Shown: positions 10,056-17,691 of the stretch, piece after piece
How the letters are laid out: each line of letters begins with the position of its first letter
How positions within the stretch are numbered: position 1 is the stretch's first letter
NCBI GenBank assembly: GCA_964509485.1
Contig: CAZDXW010000001.1
Span: 1-49,096, forward strand
Origin: an uncultured Christensenella sp.
Lineage (GTDB): Bacteria > Bacillota > Clostridia > Christensenellales > CAG-138
Direction of reading: 5' to 3'
DNA: 49,096 nucleotides
Made by a program: the position numbers and the translations under genes
Notes under the pieces: model-generated
Database searches by the model: none
Told to the model about the DNA's origin: nothing
What the model saw: the letters and a program-made list of their open reading frames with translations, nothing else

Positions 10056-11681
10056 TTATTTGGATGAGCCCTTGGCCTCAATAATCGCCTTGCGCAATTC
10101 CAGTATGCTTCCGGGGGATACCGAGAGTTCGTCGATCCCAAGCGAGCAGTAAAAATCCGTGAGCCCGACGTCCGCAGCCGATTCGCCGCAGATATGCACC
10201 GATATCCCGTTTGCATGTGCATTCTTCGCCGTCATCTCAATCAACCGCAGAACGGCAGGATGCGCATAGTCAAACAACTCGTTGACGCGCGGATTCGTCC
10301 GGTCAACCGCCAGTGTATACTGCGTCAGGTCGTTGGTTCCGATTGAGAAGAAGTCCACCTCTTTCGCGAACTGATCCGAAAGCATCGCGGCGGCAGGCGT
10401 TTCAATCATGATGCCGATCTGGATATCCTTCGAAAACGGCACGCCTTCGTCAGCCAGCTCGCGCCGCACCTCGTCCAGTATGCCCCGAACCGAGCGGAGC
10501 TGGTCCATATGGCTGATCATTGGAATCAAGATCGAGAGTTTGCCGTATACGGAGGCGCGAAGCAGCGCGCGCAATTGCGTTTTAAAAATACCGGGCTGTT
10601 TTAAGCAGATACGGATCGCGCGATAACCCAAGGCCGGATTCTCTTCGTCGCCAATCGAAAAATAGGTTGCCTGCTTGTCGCTTCCCAAATCCAGCGTGCG
10701 TATGACCACAGGTTTTGGCGTGAGCGTCTCCAGCACCGCGCGATAAGCGCGAAATTGCGCTTCTTCGGATGGGAAATCGGTGCCGTTGAGATACAAAAAC
10801 TCACTTCGAAACAGCCCGACGCCGTCCGCGTTGTTTTCCAATACGGCGGCACAGTCCTCCGGTGCGCCGATATTCGCGCAGACAAGTACGCGTTTTCCGT
10901 CCGGCGTGATTGCCGGCAAATCGCGGTATTGCTTCAAAAGCAGTTGGTGTTGCAGGAACCGCTCTTGCAACTGCAGAAATTCTTCCCGCTCCTGCTCCCC
11001 CGGATCCACCACAATTTGGCCGGTCTCGCCGTCCATGGCGATTCGGCCCGTTTGCGGAATACTCGAAAACTTATCTCCGACGCCAATAATACAGGGAATG
11101 CCCATCGTGCGCGCGAGAATCGCCGCGTGCGAAGCATAGGAACCGTCTCTCGTCACAAAGCCCTTGACCTTTGAACGGTCGAATCGCACGGTTTGGCTGG
11201 GAAGCAGGTCATCCGCAACGATGATTCCGGTATCCTGTATGTCTGCCGATTGGTTGGCGCCCATAATGCGGCAAATTACCCGCAGCGCGATATCTTCCAC
11301 ATCCGCCGCGCGTGCCTGAAAATATGGGTCGTCGTACGACTCCAGCTGCGCCTTCAGCCGATCCGCTGTCTGGCGAACAGCCCACTGTGCCGTCCATCCC
11401 GCGGAGAGCTCCGCTTGGACGCACTCCGTAAAGTCAGGGTCGGAGAGCATCAGCTGGTGTACCTCGAAAATCGCAGCAGCCTTGGGGTCCGTTTCGCTTG
11501 CGGATGCGTAGAGCGCCTGCAGTTCTTCCTGCGCTGTTTCCACCGCTTTGAGGAACTTTTGCCGCTCCATGGCAGCATCTTCGGCTTTCTCTTGTGCAAT
11601 CTCGTTGCAGACGGGCTGAAACCGAATGATGCTCTCGATTGCAATGCCCTTGGATGCCCCGATTCCTTGTAAACGCAACAT
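10056..11681 (-). CDS. ptsI: Phosphoenolpyruvate-protein phosphotransferase (PTS Enzyme I)
   Basis: 541 aa. It has the active-site His region 'GSYASHAAILARTMGIPCI' and C-terminal PEP-utilising motifs (GIMIETPAA, FFSIGTNDLTQY). Confidence 0.93.
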   Translation of the reverse strand: MLRLQGIGASKGIAIESIIRFQPVCNEIAQEKAEDAAMERQKFLKAVETAQEELQALYASASETDPKAAAIFEVHQLMLSDPDFTECVQAELSAGWTAQWAVRQTADRLKAQLESYDDPYFQARAADVEDIALRVICRIMGANQSADIQDTGIIVADDLLPSQTVRFDRSKVKGFVTRDGSYASHAAILARTMGIPCIIGVGDKFSSIPQTGRIAMDGETGQIVVDPGEQEREEFLQLQERFLQHQLLLKQYRDLPAITPDGKRVLVCANIGAPEDCAAVLENNADGVGLFRSEFLYLNGTDFPSEEAQFRAYRAVLETLTPKPVVIRTLDLGSDKQATYFSIGDEENPALGYRAIRICLKQPGIFKTQLRALLRASVYGKLSILIPMISHMDQLRSVRGILDEVRRELADEGVPFSKDIQIGIMIETPAAAMLSDQFAKEVDFFSIGTNDLTQYTLAVDRTNPRVNELFDYAHPAVLRLIEMTAKNAHANGISVHICGESAADVGLTDFYCSLGIDELSVSPGSILELRKAIIEAKGSSK

Positions 11682-11693
11682 GTCTCTCCCTCT

Positions 11694-11957
11694 CTACAGG
11701 TTTTCGGTCACAAATACCTGCCGAATCGCGTCCGCAACCAAGGCTTCTTCGCCGCCTTCTATCAGAACCGATATCGTGTCGCCCTGCCGTGCCTGCAGCG
11801 CCATCATCGCAAAAATCCGCTTGGCGTCCGCCGTTTGAGCTCCGCTGGAAATCGTAACCTGCGTGTCCATATATGGGGCAATCGCCTTTGCAATCATGCC
11901 GATCGGACGCGCATGCAGTCCGATTTTATCTTGAATTGTATAATCGAAGGTAATCAT
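11694..11957 (-). CDS. ptsH: Phosphocarrier protein HPr (variant lacking the regulatory Ser46)
   Basis: 87 aa starting at ATG 11957 (MITFDYTIQDKIGLHARP), with His15 in GLHARP. The ORF-track start at 12074 would overlap the upstream gene. A GAGGA RBS precedes 11957. Confidence 0.85.
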   Translation of the reverse strand: MITFDYTIQDKIGLHARPIGMIAKAIAPYMDTQVTISSGAQTADAKRIFAMMALQARQGDTISVLIEGGEEALVADAIRQVFVTENL

Positions 11958-12060
11958 ACTCTTATCCTCAATCTGAATATAAAATTTTAACTCTCGATTC
12001 CATCTTCTGAAACATAATCGAAACGAGTTCCAACCGAATCGAGATTCACGGTCGCGCGGC

Positions 12061-12945
12061 TTATTCGACAGCAAATACGTCCGAAATCACCGCCGCGAAG
12101 CCATCGTCGCGTACATCCGGAGCGATCCTGCCCGCGCGTTGCAGCACGGCGGGTTCGGCGTTTCCCATCGCGACAAACAGCGCGACGAATTCCGCCATTG
12201 ACAAATCGTTTCCACTGTCGCCAAACGCAATCGCGTCCTGCGCCGTATACCCGATCCGTTCGTAAAGCCGATTCAATCCGGCACCTTTTGTGCAGCTCTG
12301 AACGGTGATCTCCAGATATCGCGGCGACTCGGCCACTTCGAAATTTCCGTCCTCTCGCAGCAAGCGCACCGCGTCGTTTGTCCGTTCATCGTCGTCGAAA
12401 AATGCGTCGATCTTCTGGACCCCGGCATTCGGATGCGCGATTAAATATTCTGCAGCATCCGCCATCAGCGAGGACGCCGTAATCATCTTCAAGAGCCGCA
12501 GTACCTGCTTAACGGATGTCTTCCCTTTCTCTTTTCCTCTGACGGCGGAACTCTTCACGAACGATTGGAATGCCGCTTTCTCCGCCAGCGCGCGCTCCCG
12601 GGTCACAAGATTCAGCCTCGCGCCCAGGCGCTTGCAGCAATCGACGGCGAGCTGCGCCTGTTCGTTCGTCATCTGGCACAGGTGCGTCATTTCGCACGTT
12701 CTAACGTTATAGATCGACGATCCCGTCACGCAGATGATATAGTCGATGCCCTTGTTCCGGCGAATCGACGCAGGGATTAAGGAGATATGCCGCCCGGTCG
12801 CGGCGACGGTGATCACGCCATGTTTCCGGAGCGCCAGTAGCGCCCGTTTTGTCGAAGCAGACATCTCGCCGCGGTAGAGCGTCGTATTGTCCAGATCAAA
12901 TGCTACCAGCCGATACGGAAGTTTCGCTTTCAAAAAGTCCTCCAA
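12061..12945 (-). CDS. Cof-type HAD-IIB sugar-phosphate phosphatase
   Basis: The DxD motif 'AFDLDNTTL', 'TGR', and the C-terminal 'GDSGNDLSM'. Confidence 0.8.
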   Translation of the reverse strand: MEDFLKAKLPYRLVAFDLDNTTLYRGEMSASTKRALLALRKHGVITVAATGRHISLIPASIRRNKGIDYIICVTGSSIYNVRTCEMTHLCQMTNEQAQLAVDCCKRLGARLNLVTRERALAEKAAFQSFVKSSAVRGKEKGKTSVKQVLRLLKMITASSLMADAAEYLIAHPNAGVQKIDAFFDDDERTNDAVRLLREDGNFEVAESPRYLEITVQSCTKGAGLNRLYERIGYTAQDAIAFGDSGNDLSMAEFVALFVAMGNAEPAVLQRAGRIAPDVRDDGFAAVISDVFAVE

Positions 12946-12951
12946 ATGTGC

Positions 12952-13470
12952 TTATTCTTTGCGCAAATTGTTATAATGCCCGATTGCCTCCGAGCGGTGG
13001 ATCTCCGCCTTTGCCTCGAACGTAATCTCATTATACTGCGCAGAATTGGTCAATACGACAAGAACGGTCGTTCCGTGCCCCGCCTCGCGAATCTTGTCAA
13101 GGTCAAACCGCATCAAACACTGACCAAGAGAAACGCTTTGATTCTGCTGTACGAGGCATTGAAAACCGTTTCCGTTCATCTCTACCGTATCAAGCCCGAT
13201 ATGGAGCAGCAGTTCCGCTCCGTCCGGAGTGGTAATGCCGATCGCGTGCTTCGTCTTGGCAATCAGAGTAACAATGCCATCCGCAGGCGCGTACAAGACA
13301 CCGCGTTGCGGCTCAATACCAATTCCCTTGCCCAGCATTCCGCTGGAAAACACCGGGTCGGCAACCTCTTCTAGCGGTATATATCTCCCGTCCAGAGGCG
13401 CATATATCGTTCCCGATACGTAGTTCGCTGTTTCTTTCTTGAATAACTCTTTCAATAATCCCATAAACAC
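12952..13470 (-). CDS. PTS EIIA component, glucose family
   Basis: 172 aa with GIGIEP...APADG...HAIGI...LLHIGLDTV, which contains the two conserved His residues of EIIA-Glc. Confidence 0.88.
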   Translation of the reverse strand: MFMGLLKELFKKETANYVSGTIYAPLDGRYIPLEEVADPVFSSGMLGKGIGIEPQRGVLYAPADGIVTLIAKTKHAIGITTPDGAELLLHIGLDTVEMNGNGFQCLVQQNQSVSLGQCLMRFDLDKIREAGHGTTVLVVLTNSAQYNEITFEAKAEIHRSEAIGHYNNLRKE

Positions 13471-13476
13471 CTGATT

Positions 13477-14223
13477 TTATAAGTCGTAGTAAGTTACGCG
13501 TTGAATATTCTGATCGTTGAGCCACCGTTCCACTTCGGGGTCGGTCAGCATCGCAACCTCGCGCGGGCGCGGCGTCGTGAGAGAGGAGTGCCGGAGTATG
13601 TAATCGTCCAGATAACCCGGATGACAAACAAATACCACGCAATCGCCGTCCTGCGCTTCCAGCAGATTTCGCTTCAGCGACGACGTCGGATCATAATCGT
13701 TGTTCATGCTCTCCATCGTCATCCAAACGTCCGTGCTGCCGACGCGCATTGGTTTTCCCTTCTCCGGCAAGCCGGAATAGGTTGCGCCGTGGCGTTTGGC
13801 GACCTGCTCCAGACACGTAAGAAAGACCGGGTGAAACACCGCGTGGCCTTCCAGGTACCCCGGCGTCATGCCCGTTAACTCGAAAAAGCGCTCATACTGC
13901 GCTTCGATCTCCAGCGTCACCTCATTCGGATCGATCACAGCACCCGGTGCAAAGTAAGCCCGCGTCGGTTTAAAACAGCCGTCCTCCCCCATCAGGCTCG
14001 GGATATCCTTTGGGTTGCAAAGCGGTTTCCCCGAACTGATGTTGGTGTGCTGTCCAAGGCAGACGCCTGCCGTCTTCAGCATACGTAGGCCGTTCTCCAC
14101 CTCCGGCATGTTAACCATGACGCCAACCGAACGGATGATGCCTTGGTTAACGCTCCGCGCGATGCCGCAGTTCACTCCGTCGGAGTATCCCAAATCGTCC
14201 GCACGAATCAACAATCGTTTCAT
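13477..14223 (-). CDS. YdjC/ChbG-family carbohydrate deacetylase
   Basis: The N-terminus 'LLIRADDLGYSDGVNCGI' is the YdjC metal-binding motif. The protein is 248 aa. Confidence 0.8.
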   Translation of the reverse strand: MKRLLIRADDLGYSDGVNCGIARSVNQGIIRSVGVMVNMPEVENGLRMLKTAGVCLGQHTNISSGKPLCNPKDIPSLMGEDGCFKPTRAYFAPGAVIDPNEVTLEIEAQYERFFELTGMTPGYLEGHAVFHPVFLTCLEQVAKRHGATYSGLPEKGKPMRVGSTDVWMTMESMNNDYDPTSSLKRNLLEAQDGDCVVFVCHPGYLDDYILRHSSLTTPRPREVAMLTDPEVERWLNDQNIQRVTYYDL

Positions 14224-14299
14224 ACGCTCTATCCTATCTCATTTTCCGGTGTATGTCGACGCCGCGTTGACAGCACGGCGCCGACACATCCAACTGCCT

Positions 14300-15718
14300 T
14301 TACTGTTTCAGTGCTTTCACCGCGGGCTCATTCTTCTTGAACCCCCAGAAATAAGTGGCGACCGCCGAGACGGCAAAGGCGATAACAGCCGTGATGATCG
14401 CGTTGACGATGTTGGCCGTATTGCCGCCGACATAGCCCGTGAGCGCGATGAAGCTCGCGACCGGGACGATGGCATATGCGGTGACATGCATGATGCCGCC
14501 ATAGATGCCCGCGACAGCCGCGCCGATCATCATGCCGAGGAACGGACGTCTGTACTTCATGCCAAGACCGTAGAGGCCGGGCTCCGTGATGCCGCCGATG
14601 AGGCCGGCGACCAGATAGCTATACGCAAGGCTGCGCTCTTCTTTGTCCTTGAGCCGGAGCGCTGCGCCAAGCGCCATGCCGGAAACCGCGATGCTCGCCG
14701 CCAGCGCAGCAGGGCTGACAAAGGATTCGCTGCCCGTCGCGCCAAAGTTGGAGATCAGGAACATGATGAACACCATGTGCATGCCGGTCATGACGAAGAA
14801 CTCCCACAGCGCCGCAACAACCGCGATCATGAGAATCTGCAGCACGCCGCCGATCGAACCCAGCGAGAACAGGCCCGCGCCGAGATATTTGCCGAGGAAT
14901 GCGCCCGCAGGCCCAAGGATTAAGAGCGAAATCGGGAGCATCACGAGGATCGTTAAGCCGGGAACGAAAACCGTTTTCAATGTCTGCGGCAGGATCTTTT
15001 TGAAGAATTTCTCCACATACACGAGCACCACCGAGGAGAGCAACACCGGCAGGATGGTGGAGTTATACGCCTGCGGAATGGTGGAGATGCCAAACACCTT
15101 GAATGCGGTTCCCGCGGATGCCAATCCAATCAGCGTCGGATGAATCAAAATCGCGCCCAGCACGGCGCCGACCATTGGATTCGCACCGAGTTTCTTCGCG
15201 GAGGTGTAGCCCAGCAGAACCGGGATAAAGTAGAACGGCGCGTCGCCGACGAACGTGAAAAGTTTATACAGATCAGACGTTGCAGGAATCCAGCCGAGCA
15301 TGTCGCCGCAGACAGCCGTCAGCATCTTGAAGATCACGGCGATCATCAGCGCGGGAATCAGCGGCGTAATCGATCCGGCGAGGTAATCGAGAATGTTGCC
15401 GCCGAGCTTTTTCAGCGTAAACTTTTCTTTCGGCGCGTCGAGGTTTTCGTCGATCGCAGCCTCTTCGGCCAGACCGCTGATCTGACAGAGTTCCTTGTAG
15501 ACTTCGTCCACGTTGTTACCGATGACGATCTGGTACTGGCCGCCCGTTTTCACCACGCCCAGTACGCCAAGGATCGACTGAACGCGATCGAGATTCGCAA
15601 GGCTTTGGTCTTTGAGATTCAGGCGCAGCCTCGTCATGCAGTGCGTCGCCCTCGTTACGTTGTCCTTACCGCCAACTGCGGCCAGGACGTCTTCCGCGAT
15701 TTGTTTGTTGTTTGCCAT
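14300..15718 (-). CDS. PTS EIIBC permease, glucose/beta-glucoside family
   Basis: Start at ATG 15718 (MANNKQIAEDVLAAVGGKDNVTRATHCMTRLRL), with the EIIB phospho-Cys in CMTRLR. A polytopic EIIC domain follows. The ORF-track start at 15991 would run through the RAT/terminator and the licT 3' end. Confidence 0.88.
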   Translation of the reverse strand: MANNKQIAEDVLAAVGGKDNVTRATHCMTRLRLNLKDQSLANLDRVQSILGVLGVVKTGGQYQIVIGNNVDEVYKELCQISGLAEEAAIDENLDAPKEKFTLKKLGGNILDYLAGSITPLIPALMIAVIFKMLTAVCGDMLGWIPATSDLYKLFTFVGDAPFYFIPVLLGYTSAKKLGANPMVGAVLGAILIHPTLIGLASAGTAFKVFGISTIPQAYNSTILPVLLSSVVLVYVEKFFKKILPQTLKTVFVPGLTILVMLPISLLILGPAGAFLGKYLGAGLFSLGSIGGVLQILMIAVVAALWEFFVMTGMHMVFIMFLISNFGATGSESFVSPAALAASIAVSGMALGAALRLKDKEERSLAYSYLVAGLIGGITEPGLYGLGMKYRRPFLGMMIGAAVAGIYGGIMHVTAYAIVPVASFIALTGYVGGNTANIVNAIITAVIAFAVSAVATYFWGFKKNEPAVKALKQ

Positions 15719-15784
15719 AGAATAATCCCCTTCCATTTTCATTGCCTGATCGGCAAATTTTCTCGTCCCACGAGCAAGGATATG

Positions 15785-15854
15785 AAAAAACCTCCAGAAA
15801 CCGCGCGGTACCTGCACGGTCTCTGAAGGTAATGCCCGAAATCGGTAACAATCC
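15785..15854 (-). promoter_or_regulatory. RAT (ribonucleic antiterminator) overlapping an intrinsic terminator, leader of the EIIBC gene
   Basis: The minus-strand sequence GGATTGTTACCGATTTCGGGCATTACCT (15854-15827) matches the LicT/SacY RAT consensus. It overlaps the hairpin CCTTCAGAGACCG...CGGTTTCTGGAGG followed by TTTTTT. Confidence 0.8.
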
Positions 15855-15915
15855 TTCTGAATGAAATGAAATCTGAATAACGAAAGCTTTCTATTTCGCC
15901 CACCAACAGGAGCAG

Positions 15916-16764
15916 CTAAATCTCCTGATTCGCGCTGATTCGGTTGATGTGCAAAATAAGGTAAAGCTTTTCTTCGTCGGAGACCCTGCATTGGAGTTCC
16001 CGCTCCAGGAATGTCTTAATCTTCTCTGCGCACTCGTCAATCTGCGGATATTCCTTCTTCAATGTCAGGTACATCCTGCTGTTTTCGGTTGCGACCTCTT
16101 CCCCGCTGGTCAGGCGCTCGCAAAGGTGCTGCAGGTGTGTCGAGAAGCGCGCGAACCCAAATGACGTTCGATCCACCGCAAAGCGAAACTCGCGCTCAAT
16201 CATGCGGGTGACCTCTTCCTGAATATAGTCAAAATGCTTTTGGTTCAGCTCGCTGTTTTCTGCGTCCGGCGACTTTGCGTCCACGCGGGCGTTGATAATG
16301 CTCAGTGCGATGCCGGATGCTTCCCGCGGGTTCAGTTTTACGGCGAATTCCTTTTCCAACTCGCGCAGGATATACTGCGCAATCTTTAGCTCCAGCGGGT
16401 AAGTTTGCGATATTTCGTACACCAGCGGCATCCGCACATAGATGCCCCTTCTGTGACGTTCCAGACAGAACGCGATATGATCCGCCAGCGTCAAAATCAG
16501 GTTCGGCATCAGTTCGTACGGGAGGATTGCCCGCGCGGAGTCCAACATCCGGGCGGTGAAGCGAATCACATCCTCGGGGATGTCGTTGATCATGTCAACA
16601 TAATTCCCGCTGATGTCGTAGAACGTGCGTTCCACTTGTTTAAGGTCCGTCAGGTCATAAGGCATCGGCGGGAAACCGATTCCTCTGCCAAAGGCAACCA
16701 ATTGATTCCCGTTTCCATCGATACAGATCGCAACATTGTTGTTGATTTTTTTAATTGCTCGCAT
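15916..16764 (-). CDS. licT: BglG/LicT-family PRD transcription antiterminator
   Basis: CAT domain 'MRAIKKINNNVAICIDGNGNQLVAFGRGIGF' followed by two PRD domains. Start at ATG 16764 with a GGGAG RBS. The ORF-track start at 16776 is a TTG. Confidence 0.88.
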   Translation of the reverse strand: MRAIKKINNNVAICIDGNGNQLVAFGRGIGFPPMPYDLTDLKQVERTFYDISGNYVDMINDIPEDVIRFTARMLDSARAILPYELMPNLILTLADHIAFCLERHRRGIYVRMPLVYEISQTYPLELKIAQYILRELEKEFAVKLNPREASGIALSIINARVDAKSPDAENSELNQKHFDYIQEEVTRMIEREFRFAVDRTSFGFARFSTHLQHLCERLTSGEEVATENSRMYLTLKKEYPQIDECAEKIKTFLERELQCRVSDEEKLYLILHINRISANQEI

Positions 16765-16800
16765 TTCGGCTCCCAATTTCGAATCGACCGGTATGGACGT

Positions 16801-16870
16801 GAAAAATAAAAAGCTCTTCCTGTATCACCGCAGAAACCAAGCGGGTGATGCCTCGGAAGAGTTGCAATCC
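16801..16870 (-). promoter_or_regulatory. Second RAT/terminator switch, leader of licT itself
   Basis: The minus-strand sequence GGATTGCAACTCTTCCGAGGCATCACCC (16870-16843) is RAT-like. It overlaps a compound hairpin (CTCTTCC...GGAAGAG enclosing ATCACCCGC...GCGGTGAT) followed by CTTTTTATTTTT. Confidence 0.65.
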
Positions 16871-16883
16871 CAATTACGAATTT

Positions 16884-16912
16884 AATTTAACATTCACAGG
16901 TCTGTCTGTCAA
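16884..16912 (-). promoter_or_regulatory. Sigma-A-type promoter for the licT-PTS operon
   Basis: On the minus strand, TTGACA (16912-16907), a 17-nt spacer, then TAAATT (16889-16884). This places the transcript start just before the RAT. Confidence 0.5.
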
Positions 16913-17037
16913 TATATTTTTTCTACATCCGGGAATTTGGGGAAGGATGATTAAAACTTTATTACAATACTTCGCATTAATACGCACTCATAGCTTGGAG
17001 GTCGTTGGTTCAAGTTCACCCCCGTAACCAAAGAAGA

Positions 17038-17064
17038 ACCGCCCGATTCGGGCGGTTTTTGCGT
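17038..17064 (+). terminator. Intrinsic terminator-like hairpin with no obvious upstream gene
   Basis: AACCGCCCG-ATTC-GGGCGGTT followed by TTTTGCG. An A-rich tract on the 5' side would let it work in both directions. Confidence 0.55.
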
Positions 17065-17691
17065 ATCTCGAGAACTCCATTCCGGCACAGAATTGGCTCA
17101 AAATTGGTCCGCTCTTTCAGTCAGTGATCCCGATTGCCCGGATGTTCTCCGAAGTATCAGTCTCTAAGATGAATCAAACCACTCCATCTGCGAACATATC
17201 GAAAATGAAAGCGTTATTGGGTCAATAGCTCCTTTTTGTTTCCATATATACATTTTTGTTGACATATCGCTTTTTACGATGTACATTATTGCCATATTCG
17301 TTTCCTATGTTTCCATTATTGTTTCTATTACGGCAATTTAGTTGACTCCAGTTAAGTTTCTTATCATTGTTCCATTGAACAATCGCAGCTTGAATCAGCA
17401 GAACTCTATCAATATGGATTGATAAAGGAGGTGAGCATTGAGCGAATTCTATCTTTTTACATTGCCATTCCTTCAGTAGTCTATCAATACACGTATCATA
17501 AATTCCCATTGTTGATTGAACGAAACCACATATGAAATTCCATTGTAGAGTCCTTGGCTGATATCCCGTTGACTATGCGCAACCATTGTAACTGTTCGCC
17601 TTTCATTGATCCGTTTTACTCTTCTTGAAACAACAATCGAAAATTTCAATCCATTCTTATCAAAATCAAAACTGTATTGGGAGGAAGAATC

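Noticed and set aside
14015-14923. A 302-aa plus-strand ORF antisense to the PTS EIIC and ChbG genes. Similar long antisense ORFs occur at 36331-37212, 38199-39029, 45494-46150, 47909-48787 and 886-1554.
   Set aside because: None has a recognisable domain, RBS or sensible composition (all are Arg-, Cys- or His-rich). Each lies entirely within a well-supported gene on the other strand.
16990-17034. A tRNA-like 3' end (GGTTCAAGT T-loop-like string ending in ACCA).
   Set aside because: The T-stem does not pair (GTTGG versus TCACC). No complementary acceptor 5' strand or anticodon arm can be found in the preceding 80 nt. It is at most a degenerate remnant and was not annotated as a tRNA.
17222-17509. 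A 95-aa minus-strand ORF in the AT-rich spacer.
   Set aside because: It is Asn/Lys-rich and low-complexity, with no RBS or motif. It was left unannotated as a CDS and is mentioned only as part of the spacer finding.
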